The notes below the pieces were generated by a model that saw only the letters and a list, made by a program, of their open reading frames with translations, had not been told where the DNA came from and searched no databases. A stretch of 64,000 nt of DNA from Minisyncoccota bacterium (GTDB taxonomy: Bacteria; Patescibacteriota; Minisyncoccia; Phycocordibacterales; CAJBRS01), in the NCBI GenBank assembly GCA_035652395.1, contig DASRDX010000009.1, positions 62,642 to 126,641 on the forward strand. Reading direction: 5' to 3'. Of the stretch, positions 45,453-54,333 are shown in pieces (the first letter of the stretch is position 1; each line of letters opens with the position of its first letter). Both the position numbers and the translations under genes were made by a program.

Positions 45453-47581
45453 TTAGAATTGCTTGGCCAACTTGCTACCATTAGCAGATCACTCTGGGCG
45501 GTTTCTTTTGGCAAAAATGACCATATTTCTTCCGTAATGAAAGGCATGAATGGATGGAGAAGTGCTAAGGATTTTTTTAAAAGGTGGCGTAGAAACCATT
45601 GTGTCCCTAGGGGGTTTTCTTTTAAGGTAGTCTTGCTTTCCTCGATTATTTTATCAGCAAAAGTGTGCCAGATATAGTGGTAGATATTTTCAGCGGCTAA
45701 ATGAAATTGAAAATTTTCAAAATAATTTGTCACCTCCTTCAGCAGTTTATTAAACTCCGTCAATTGTTTCTGTTGAAGTTCACTTAATTTAAGCTCCCCG
45801 GATTCTTGATAGTTTTCTGAGTTAGTTAAAACAAATCGGGCGATATTCCAGATTTTATTGGCAAAGTTCTTATAGCCGCGAATTTTATTTTCGTCTAATG
45901 ACATGTCACTGCCCGGAGGATTACCAACGATCAAAGCCATTCGCAAAGCATCCGTACCGTACTTTTCAATTAGCTCGAGCGGACTGACGACGTTGCCTTT
46001 ACTCTTGGACATTTTCTTACCCTTAGAATCATTAACTAATCCGTGAAGATAAACATGTTGAAAGGGGACTTCTTTAGCGAGATAGAGTCCGAAGATCACC
46101 ATTCGCGGAATCCACTTAAAGATTAAATCATAACCGGATTCCATTACCGAGGTAGGGTAAAAAGTCTTAAAATCAGACTGATCGGGGAAACCTAAAGTAA
46201 TGAGTGGCCATTGTCCGGAAGAAAACCAAGTATCGAATGTATCGGTGTCGGCAACCATGGCGCCACCACATTTTGGGCATTTCCGAATAGAATCATCCAA
46301 ATCGGGAAAAGCTTCTCCGCATTCCTGACAAATTTTGGCCGGAATGGGGATGCCCCAGACAATCTGGCGGGAAATATTCCAGTCAATAGTGTTCTCCATC
46401 CAGTAAGTAAAAATCTTCTTATAATTTTCAGGATGAAAAATTACTCGGTTTTCTTCAGCCGCTTTTAAAGCCAAATCGGCCAAGGGTTTCATTTTCACAA
46501 ACCATTGGGGCAATTCTCGAGGTTCAATAATCGTCTCGCATTTATAACAGACGGGAACAGGGTGGGTGTAGTCTTCGATTTTTTCAATTAAATGCATGGA
46601 TTCAAGATCAGCCACTACCTGTTTGCGAGCCTCCAGCACTTTAAGACCTTTATACTTGCCAGTCTTTTCGTTTAGTCGGCCAAACTGATCAATGACTTCC
46701 TTTTTCGGCAAATTATGTCGAGCGGCAATTTCAAAATCATTTTTATCGTGCGAAGGAGTAATTTTTAAAGCGCCTGTGCCAAATTCCATTTCTACGGCTG
46801 CGTCTGCAACTACTGGAAGATCCATCTGACCAATCGGTGTTTCTACCGTAATGTTTTGACCGATATATTTTTGATATCTGGAATCTTCCGGATTAACCGC
46901 TATCGCCCCATCTCCGAACATTGTCTCCGGTCTAACCGTGGCAACTACCAACGGTCCATATTTTAGATAATAGAGTTTATCCGTCATTTCTTTGGAGACC
47001 GTTTCTACGTCGGAGAGGGAAGTCTGATGTTTCGTGCACCAGTTTACCAGCCGACTGGCACGGTAAATCAAACCATCGTCAAACATTTTTTTAAAAGTCT
47101 GGTGGACAGTTTTGATGACGTCGGGATCGAGGGTAAATTTTTCACGTGACCAGTCGCAGGAAGCCCCCAGAGCGCGGATTTCACTCTCCATTTTTTTCTT
47201 GTTTTCCTGAGTAAAGTTATAGATTTCCTGATAAAGCTCTTTTGGATCCATCTTGAACCGGGATCGGCCTTCCTTTTCCAGCTTTTTCTCATAAACAATC
47301 TGGGTTTCAAAACCGGCGTGATCGGCGCCAGGAAGCCAGAGAGTTTTAAAGCCTTGCATTCGTTTGTATCGGATCATCAGGTCTTCCAGTGTCGTGCCTA
47401 AAGCATGACCGGCGTGAAGATGGCCGTTGGCGTTAGGTGGCGGCATGATGATAGTGAAGGGCTCTTTTCGATCATTTGGAAGCTTGTCGGGATTAAAAAA
47501 ACCGCTCGCTTCCCAGATTTGGTAAATGCGAGACTCTGTTTCTTTTGGATTGTAGGGCTTTAGGAGTTTCTCGGGGATCAT
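45449..47581 (-). CDS. valS: Valyl-tRNA synthetase (short form lacking the C-terminal coiled coil)
   Basis: PPPNANGHLHAGHA (HIGH), KMSKSKGN (KMSKS), an editing-domain segment, and zinc-knuckle CxxC pairs. Confidence 0.85.
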   Translation of the reverse strand: MIPEKLLKPYNPKETESRIYQIWEASGFFNPDKLPNDRKEPFTIIMPPPNANGHLHAGHALGTTLEDLMIRYKRMQGFKTLWLPGADHAGFETQIVYEKKLEKEGRSRFKMDPKELYQEIYNFTQENKKKMESEIRALGASCDWSREKFTLDPDVIKTVHQTFKKMFDDGLIYRASRLVNWCTKHQTSLSDVETVSKEMTDKLYYLKYGPLVVATVRPETMFGDGAIAVNPEDSRYQKYIGQNITVETPIGQMDLPVVADAAVEMEFGTGALKITPSHDKNDFEIAARHNLPKKEVIDQFGRLNEKTGKYKGLKVLEARKQVVADLESMHLIEKIEDYTHPVPVCYKCETIIEPRELPQWFVKMKPLADLALKAAEENRVIFHPENYKKIFTYWMENTIDWNISRQIVWGIPIPAKICQECGEAFPDLDDSIRKCPKCGGAMVADTDTFDTWFSSGQWPLITLGFPDQSDFKTFYPTSVMESGYDLIFKWIPRMVIFGLYLAKEVPFQHVYLHGLVNDSKGKKMSKSKGNVVSPLELIEKYGTDALRMALIVGNPPGSDMSLDENKIRGYKNFANKIWNIARFVLTNSENYQESGELKLSELQQKQLTEFNKLLKEVTNYFENFQFHLAAENIYHYIWHTFADKIIEESKTTLKENPLGTQWFLRHLLKKSLALLHPFMPFITEEIWSFLPKETAQSDLLMVASWPSNSK

Positions 47582-48165
47582 TAGGAAAATTCTAGCAAAA
47601 ATAAGGGTTTTTTGGAATTGGGAGGGCGGCGAGCTTCGCTCGCCGCCCTTTATATAAAAGAAAAGAGCCGCATAATTTCATTTGTCAATCATGAAATTAT
47701 GCGGCTCGGCAAGTTGGTAAGTCTATCGAGCACTTCAACCAACTGCAGCGGTCCGTGGTGCGAAAACCATCTGTGACTCAGAGCTTGCGCCGGGGCGATA
47801 AGCGAAGGCGCTAAAAAGTCGACTCGGAGTCACAGCAAGAGAAATCCCGTCCCCGCGTCGCCAAGTTAGTCGATGCCAGCGATGGTCTGCTAGCCGGCGA
47901 CGCGGGGTTGCATTCCTCTGCGATAAGTCAGGGCCAGATCTAATCGGCTGGCACAAGGTCATCAACAAGACTAATCGCAGGTATCGATGCCGACTAAATG
48001 TCGGCGAAAATGTTGCGAGGGTTCTACGTCGCCAAGGTTAAGATGGTTGCGATAGTAAATAGTAAACAAATTAGCACCCTTTTCCTAACCCGAACCCTCG
48101 CCGATGAGAAATCGTCAAAGTCCAAATTCTCCTATAGTATAGCACATTCTAAAAAATAGTCAAGA
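47582..48165 (-). promoter_or_regulatory. Long structured leader/ncRNA between tsaD and valS with promoter TTGACT-16-TATACT (48163-48136) and an intrinsic terminator (47715-47665, 17-bp stem plus UUUUCUUUU)
   Basis: There is no ORF. Multiple long-range inverted repeats occur, e.g. CCCCGCGTCGCC/GGCGACGCGGGG, GCGAGGGTTC/GAACCCTCGC, TGTGACTC/GAGTCACA. The terminator is immediately upstream of valS. Confidence 0.45.
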
Positions 48166-48177
48166 GGGGCGCCGGCC

Positions 48178-49364
48178 TTATTTTAAAGCCAGATTTCCAG
48201 TTGCTTTGAAATCCAAGGAAGCCGATTTTTTGTTCAAATAATTGAAATATCCGGCTACGGCAATCATGACGGCGTTATCAGTAGAGAGAGATGAATGAGG
48301 AATTAAGAGTTCGGAATCAGGAAAGTCTAAAATCAGGGCCTGAAAAGCTTCCCGAATATGTTTATTGGCAATAACTCCACCTCCAACAATTAAAGTTTTG
48401 GCGCCAAATTCTTCCAGCGCCCGTTTAGTTTTTGAGACCAAGACTTCAGTTACGGCTTCTTCGAACTCTCTGGCCAGTTGAACTTTCCAGTTTGGGTTTT
48501 CTTTTTCAGTATTTGTCATACTGCGTAGACGATAAAGAACTGCCGTTTTTAATCCGGCGAAAGAGAAATCATAATCTTTGGATTTGATCATCGGTCGCGG
48601 CAAGTTGGCAATTGAACCGCCACCGTGCCGCGCCCGTGCTTCTTCTGCCAATTTTGAAATCTCCGGCCCGCCAGGATAGGGCAGTTCCATCATTCGAGCC
48701 ACCTTGTCAAAAGCTTCGCCCACGGCATCATCTCGGGTCTGTCCGAGAATTTCGTATTTCTGCCAGTCTTTCATCAAAACCAGTTCCGTATGACCGCCGC
48801 TGATAAGAAGAGCAACTGCTGGAAATTTAAAACTCTCAACTTTTAACTTTGAATTCTCCGATTTTGTCAGATCGGATTCTAAAAGAACTGACAGAATGTG
48901 TCCTTCCATATGATTGACGGCCACCACTGGCAAATCCCAGACTATCCCTAAGACCTTGGCAAAATTGATTCCTACCCAGAGAGCCGGTTCCAAGCCCGGG
49001 CCAACAGTAACGGCGATCGCTTCAAGGTCAGGTTTTGGTAGAGCCGGAAGTGCTGCTAGAAACTGTCGCAGCAATTCCGGCTCTCTTTCTAGAATTTTTT
49101 CAATCTCTTCTTGATTGAATTCTACTTTCAACTTTTGACTTTTAACTTCTGACTGGTCAAAAATCTTCTTTAAAAGAGGGATGAGATTTTTAGCATGCTC
49201 TCTCTTGGCCATCATCGGAAACACGCCTCCATATTTTTCATGGATTTTTGTTTGAGAATTAAGAGCTTCGGCCAAGATCTTGAAATGCGGCTTCGCGCCT
49301 CCTTCCGCTTCCACAATCGCCAAAGCCGTCTCATCACAGCTAGTTTCAATACCAAGAATTTTCA
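48178..49364 (-). CDS. tsaD: tRNA N6-threonylcarbamoyladenosine synthase TsaD (Kae1/YgjD family) with an internal ~40-aa insertion
   Basis: MKILGIETSCDETALAIV and HMEGH... signatures. The true start is the ATG at 49364, because the longer six-frame ORF overlaps tRNA-Val. Confidence 0.85.
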
Positions 49365-49366
49365 TT

Positions 49367-49439
49367 GTGCGCGGTGAGGGATTCGAACCCCCGGCATCAA
49401 CAACGTCAATGTTGCGCTCTACCAACTGAGCTAACCGCG
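49367..49439 (-). tRNA. tRNA-Val (anticodon GAC)
   Basis: rc: GCGCGGTTAGCTCAGTTGGTAGAGCGCAACATTGACGTTGTTGATGCCGGGGGTTCGAATCCCTCACCGCGCA. Confidence 0.85.
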
Positions 49440-49524
49440 CCTTTTATGAAATTTACCATTTTTCGGCGATAGAGGAAAAAGTTTTACCACAGTTTGCCAC
49501 ATACCTTGGAGTATCGGGCCTTCT

Positions 49525-49598
49525 TGCCATAGAATTACTCTTCACCTCTAACATCAACCACGTCAATGTTGCGCTCTACCAATTGAGCTAATCGCCCT
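49525..49598 (-). pseudogene. Truncated tRNA-Val 5' half followed by TAATTCTATGGCA-containing sequence
   Basis: rc of 49549-49598 is GGGCGATTAGCTCAATTGGTAGAGCGCAACATTGACGTGGTTGATG, then TTAGAGGTGAAGAGTAATTCTATGGCAAGAAGGCC. There is no T-arm. Confidence 0.6.
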
Positions 49599-49643
49599 TC
49601 TTTTGAATAATAAAGTCTTCCGAGCTTTTGGGCAAGAATCTGT

Positions 49644-50414
49644 TCAATGAATCTTTTTGTAATGTTTCAAGTAAGCCACGATGATGAAGCTGATTATAAC
49701 CATCAAAAACCAAGAGGTGATTTTGTTGGTAGAAACGACATTCCATACATGAACTTGATCGGGATATTGCCAGGCGCCCCAAAAAGTTGAAAGATTTTCG
49801 GCAACCCAAAGAAAGAAGGCGATGAGACAGAAGCCTAAAGCAAGCGGCATGGAGCGACGTCTTTCCGTAACTGTAAAGAAGACTTGAGTGCGGGCAAATA
49901 GAAGAAATACTGCCGGAATAAGTAGAATACGAAGATCCGGAATAAAGTGATTGGTGAAAAAGTTAAGGTAAATTAAAACTCCCAGCACTAACATGGCCGG
50001 ATAATTTGGTGGCTCTTCCAGTTCAAGTTTCAGTATTCTCCAAGCTTGAGCAATGTAGCTTCCTACAGAGGCGTACATAAAACCGGCAAAGAGCGGCACG
50101 GTAGCGATTTTAAAGATAGCCGCTTCGGGATAACTCCATGAGCCGATAGCTGGATTAGTCTTGAAAACTTCCAAAAGAGTTCCAATAAGGTGAAAGAGAA
50201 AAATAGTTTTGATCTCATCCCATGTCTCGATTTTTGTCAGAAATAGAATAATCTGCAAAAGAACCGCCGATAAAAAGAGAAAATCGTATCTCGCCAAACC
50301 AAAAAGGGGAATGTGATTTGAAAGAAATAAAAGAGCAAAAAATGAGCCCGCAAAAATGCAGGCACGGGCTTCTTTTATGATGAAGATCATGAATTCTCGA
50401 GCAAGTTTTTTCAT
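49644..50414 (-). CDS. DUF817 family membrane protein
   Basis: 256 aa, polytopic. IKEARACIFAGSFFALLFLS...FHLIGTLLEVFKT resembles DUF817. Confidence 0.6.
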   Translation of the reverse strand: MKKLAREFMIFIIKEARACIFAGSFFALLFLSNHIPLFGLARYDFLFLSAVLLQIILFLTKIETWDEIKTIFLFHLIGTLLEVFKTNPAIGSWSYPEAAIFKIATVPLFAGFMYASVGSYIAQAWRILKLELEEPPNYPAMLVLGVLIYLNFFTNHFIPDLRILLIPAVFLLFARTQVFFTVTERRRSMPLALGFCLIAFFLWVAENLSTFWGAWQYPDQVHVWNVVSTNKITSWFLMVIISFIIVAYLKHYKKIH

Positions 50415-50423
50415 GAAATATTG

Positions 50424-50495
50424 TGACCCTACCGGGAATCGAACCCGGATTACCAGCTTGAAAAGCTGATGTCCTAACCGTTAGACGATAGGGCC
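50424..50495 (-). tRNA. tRNA-Glu (anticodon TTC)
   Basis: rc: GGCCCTATCGTCTAACGGTTAGGACATCAGCTTTTCAAGCTGGTAATCCGGGTTCGATTCCCGGTAGGGTCA. Confidence 0.85.
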
Positions 50496-50562
50496 GTAAA
50501 AATAGCTTTTAAAATATAGCATTTTTTGTTCAAACGACAAAAAATGCTACGATTTTCAGACT

Positions 50563-50649
50563 GGAGGAGTGGCTGAGTGGTTGAAGGCACCAGTTTCGAA
50601 AACTGGCATGTGGGAAACCGCATCAGAGGTTCGAATCCTCTCTCCTCCG
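50563..50649 (+). tRNA. tRNA-Ser (anticodon CGA), type II
   Basis: GGAGGAGTGGCTGAGTGGTTGAAGGCACCAGTTTCGAAAACTGG, long variable arm, GAGGTTCGAATCCTCTCTCCTCCG. Confidence 0.85.
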
Positions 50650-50714
50650 CATCGTCGAGATAGGTCACCCCGCACGAGGAGCGTCATTTTGATTTACTCT
50701 GATACAATTTAACC

Positions 50715-51527
50715 ATGATCAAGGGGAATGAAGTTACATGGTATTCCAAATTAGCGGCTATCATTTTCTTTATTGGAGTATTACCAACTCTGACTTTTTA
50801 TGTGGGGACACAATTTGAATTAACTCAATCAACTTTAAAAAGTGAAAAGTCTTCTATCCCGGATTCTGCTACGCCCAGTTTTTTAAGTAATAAGTTTTTA
50901 ACTAGTGACAATAATTGCAATGTTCTACCTCCTAAAGAAAGCACCTCATCTCTAGAAGGTTATTTACAAAGATATCCAAATATTACAGGGGGAATGGTCT
51001 GTAAATATTCAATCTTCCCTAATCAATCCCCATATACATTCAATTTGTTGGGAAGTGAGTACGACACGATCATAGGAATCGATGTCATAAAAGATGGAAA
51101 GAAGATCCAACATATTGCTATGGATAACAAAGCAGAGGGACCGTATATGTTTGAGCCGTCATACTCTACCGACTTTTTTCATAGTGCCGACATTAATTTC
51201 GATGGATACAATGATATAGAAATGGACACTTGTTTTGGAGCAACCGGAAATGTTTGTAGAACTTATTTCTTATTTAATCCTCAAACCAGTCAATTTGACT
51301 ACAGCGAGGATTTTAGCAAAATGTCCGGATTGCCCGATCCTGTGACTAAAACTATCTTAACTCACGGAAACAGTTGCGCAGACTGTAACTACGATGCTGA
51401 ATATAAAGTAGTAAATAACAAACCAGTTCTCGTAAAAGGCGTTGATAGTGAGCATGGAGTTGTTGTGACGACCGAACTAAAAAATGGAGTCTATGTCACT
51501 TCTACCTCTACAGAAAAAACCAATTAA
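50715..51527 (+). CDS. Hypothetical membrane-anchored, Cys-containing protein encoded in a visibly lower-GC segment
   Basis: N-terminal TM. AT-rich codon usage compared with neighbouring genes. Sits immediately after the tRNA cluster. Confidence 0.5.
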   Translation: MIKGNEVTWYSKLAAIIFFIGVLPTLTFYVGTQFELTQSTLKSEKSSIPDSATPSFLSNKFLTSDNNCNVLPPKESTSSLEGYLQRYPNITGGMVCKYSIFPNQSPYTFNLLGSEYDTIIGIDVIKDGKKIQHIAMDNKAEGPYMFEPSYSTDFFHSADINFDGYNDIEMDTCFGATGNVCRTYFLFNPQTSQFDYSEDFSKMSGLPDPVTKTILTHGNSCADCNYDAEYKVVNNKPVLVKGVDSEHGVVVTTELKNGVYVTSTSTEKTN

Positions 51528-51660
51528 AATTAGCTCGAGGTCCGTCGAAGAATCTAAAATTAAAATGCTAAAATAACCTTACTGGGCTTGACCGATAAAA
51601 GTTCTAAGTCGAGATAGCCCGCCTTGACTTTCCCAGGCTTTTGACTAATGTGGTTTTAGT

Positions 51661-52044
51661 ATGCACCTTTATATTGAAATGACTTTGATTGCTGGCTCGT
51701 TGATCTTGTTTATAACTGGCCGTCGGTTTCCGACCTATCGGAAGCAGTACGAAATTAAGACCCAAACTACACGCGACTTGCTCAGGTTCTGGTACGGAAA
51801 TCCTAAGAGAACATGGAAGTGTACTCGTACATTTGTTGAACCTCACGGCGGTCCTTTTGGGCGGCCCGAAAACATGATCATTCTTAACGACCAATCGGAA
51901 AGAGTTATTCTTTGCGCTGATCCAACGAAGATACCCGAAGGAGCCTTGGTTAAATTGCGTCTACGGAGAAAGGATGAATCCCGATATTCTAGTCGGGTTG
52001 CTAGTCTCGTGGACGAGTTTATGGTTCCTGAAGTAGTTTCTTAA
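51661..52044 (+). CDS. Hypothetical protein (uncertain; an overlapping minus-strand ORF 51604-51894 is the alternative)
   Basis: 127-aa ORF with no motif. Which strand codes is not resolved. Confidence 0.3.
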   Translation: MHLYIEMTLIAGSLILFITGRRFPTYRKQYEIKTQTTRDLLRFWYGNPKRTWKCTRTFVEPHGGPFGRPENMIILNDQSERVILCADPTKIPEGALVKLRLRRKDESRYSSRVASLVDEFMVPEVVS

Positions 52045-52090
52045 TTCGATCATTCTTGCGGCGCGTGTCCAAAATATGCGCCCGTTTTAT

Positions 52091-53011
52091 TTATTTCGTG
52101 TGCAAATGGACGTAGATGTCCTCCAACGCTTTGACGGCGTCGCCGGCGGCGATGTTGTTTTGGTGATAGAGACCGTCGGTGCAGTCGCCGGCGGCCCAAA
52201 TGCCGGCGACTGAAGTTTGCTGGGTTTGGTGATCAACTACAATGTGCCCGTACACGTCCTTCTTTAAAAGCTCGCCAATAAAATCGGTGGAAGGGATGAG
52301 CCCGATTTCCACGAAAACACCGGCTACGGGGATTTCGGTGTTTTCGCCGGTTTCATTGTTTTTATAGATCACTCCTTTCACAAATTTATCTCCCTTTACT
52401 TCTACTAATTCGGCATTTAAAACCGCGTGCATTTTCGGATTTGAAAGAACTTTCTTGACGGTGACTGGATCGGCGCGAAACTCTTCGCCACGATTCAGCA
52501 GGGTAACGCTTTTACAATAGGCGAGTAATTGAGCGGCCGTTTCAAAAGCGGCGTTACCCCCGCCAATAACTACGACATCCTGGCTGGCAAAAAGAGGACC
52601 ATCGCAGGTGGCGCAATAAGTAATACCTTTATTTTCAAATTCGGTGGCGCCCGGCACCGCAATTTTCCGCCGCGTGCTGCCGACTGTCACTAGAACGGTT
52701 TTAGTTTCAAAATCACCGCCCGTGGTTTTAACCACAAAACCATTCCCACTTTTTTCAATAGATTTAACTAAAATTCCTTCTTTCAAATCCACCACATCTT
52801 CGGCGTAAGCCAGCAGATGTTTGCGAAAAGAGGTGGCCAGATCAATGCCACTAATGGAAACGGTACCAATCCAGTTTTGAATGTCGCCGGAGACGTTTGA
52901 CTGACCGCCAATTTCTTTGGCGATCAGAACGGTTTTGAGGCGTTTACGCGCAGCGTAAACGCCGGCGGCTACACCAGCCGGACCGCCTCCGATGATTGCT
53001 AAGTCGTACAT
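52091..53011 (-). CDS. trxB: Thioredoxin reductase
   Basis: IIGGGPAGVAAGVYAAR (FAD), CATCDG redox-active disulfide, VIGGGNAAFE (NADPH). Confidence 0.9.
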   Translation of the reverse strand: MYDLAIIGGGPAGVAAGVYAARKRLKTVLIAKEIGGQSNVSGDIQNWIGTVSISGIDLATSFRKHLLAYAEDVVDLKEGILVKSIEKSGNGFVVKTTGGDFETKTVLVTVGSTRRKIAVPGATEFENKGITYCATCDGPLFASQDVVVIGGGNAAFETAAQLLAYCKSVTLLNRGEEFRADPVTVKKVLSNPKMHAVLNAELVEVKGDKFVKGVIYKNNETGENTEIPVAGVFVEIGLIPSTDFIGELLKKDVYGHIVVDHQTQQTSVAGIWAAGDCTDGLYHQNNIAAGDAVKALEDIYVHLHTK

Positions 53012-53026
53012 ATTAAACCCAAATGA

Positions 53027-54169
53027 CTACTTTAATTTAGATCTCCTAAGAAAAGCCGGAACCGCACCCCAGTCTTCATCGTCTCCGACGGTTTCTAATT
53101 TCTTATCGTCAGTTTTAGGACTCTCTGATTTGCCGTTGCTAATGGTGTTGTAAATCTTTCCTTTATCAGCTTTTAAATCAAATTCTGATTGCAGAGCCGG
53201 TCTTCGAGCGGCTCCATCCGGGAAACCGGAAGCGATAACAGTTACTTTAATTTCTCCTTTCTTTAAGCGGTCATCTTTAATGGTACCGAAGATAACTTTG
53301 GCACCAGGATCAATGGATTCGGTGATAATTTTAGCCGCATCCTGAATTTCGTGAAGAGTAACATCCTCACCGCCGGCAATCGAGAACAGCACGCCTTTAG
53401 CTCCCTGAATAGAAGTATCAAGTAGGGGAGAATTAATGGCCATTTTAGCTGCCTCAACAGCTCGGTTCTCGCCACTAGCCATACCGATACCCATGAGGGC
53501 CGATCCGGCGTTAGCCATAACTGCCCGAATATCGGCGAAGTCAATATTAATGAAACCGGGAGTGGTAATAAGATCGGAAATTCCTTCCACTGCCTGCTTA
53601 AGCACTTCGTCACACATGGCAAAAGCATTCTTGGCCGTAGTTTCTTTAGTAACGGTGCTTAAGAGACGATCGTTTGGGATTACTACCAGAGCGTCCACTT
53701 CTTTAGATAGTTCGGCTAGGGCTTCTTCGGCTAGTCTCATACGCTGTTGTCCTTCAAAAAAGAAAGGCTTAGTTACTACTCCAACAGTTAGAGCCCCGAG
53801 TTCTTTGGTAGTCTTGGCCAGAATTGGCGAAGCACCGCTGCCAGTACCACCACCCAAACCGCAAGTAATGAAAACCATGTCAGCCGATTTCACCGCTTCC
53901 TGGATTTCTTCCTTTGTTTCTTCAATGGCGCGTTTGCCCATTTCTGGATTCATGCCGGTGCCAAGACCTTTCGTTAAATTTTTTCCAATATGAATTTTTT
54001 TCTTGGCTAATGAATGATGTAAATCCTGCGCGTCAGTATTGACAGCGATAAAATCAACTCCTTTTACTTTGGAATTGACCATATGATTTAAAGCATTTTT
54101 ACCTGAGCCGCCGACACCAATAACTTTGATGCGAGCAAATGTTTCAACTTCCGGTTTTAATTGTGGCAT
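53027..54169 (-). CDS. ftsZ: Cell division GTPase FtsZ
   Basis: GGGTGSGASPILAKTTKELGALTVGVVTKPFFFEG tubulin signature. Confidence 0.95.
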   Translation of the reverse strand: MPQLKPEVETFARIKVIGVGGSGKNALNHMVNSKVKGVDFIAVNTDAQDLHHSLAKKKIHIGKNLTKGLGTGMNPEMGKRAIEETKEEIQEAVKSADMVFITCGLGGGTGSGASPILAKTTKELGALTVGVVTKPFFFEGQQRMRLAEEALAELSKEVDALVVIPNDRLLSTVTKETTAKNAFAMCDEVLKQAVEGISDLITTPGFINIDFADIRAVMANAGSALMGIGMASGENRAVEAAKMAINSPLLDTSIQGAKGVLFSIAGGEDVTLHEIQDAAKIITESIDPGAKVIFGTIKDDRLKKGEIKVTVIASGFPDGAARRPALQSEFDLKADKGKIYNTISNGKSESPKTDDKKLETVGDDEDWGAVPAFLRRSKLK

Positions 54170-54333
54170 ATGTGAATAGGAGTTAGGGGTTGAGAATTAG
54201 GATGTAAATAATCCTAAAATCCCAAGGCCTCTGTCCTGAAAATAAGAATCCCTCTTGTAATGTTTCAATAATACATAAGGAGAATGAAAAATGCAAAAGG
54301 CCAGCTCGCGAAGCGAGCCGGCCTTTTAAGTCT

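Noticed and set aside
47735-47968. 77-aa minus-strand ORF in the valS leader
   Set aside because: It lies inside a highly structured non-coding region full of inverted repeats. The Arg/Pro/Ala-rich translation is typical of GC-rich stems.
47582-48165. Calling the valS leader a T-box riboswitch or tmRNA outright
   Set aside because: I could not locate the conserved T-box sequence (AGGGUGGNACCGCG) or the tmRNA hallmarks (5' GGGG acceptor, 3' T-arm/CCA). It is kept as a hypothesis only.
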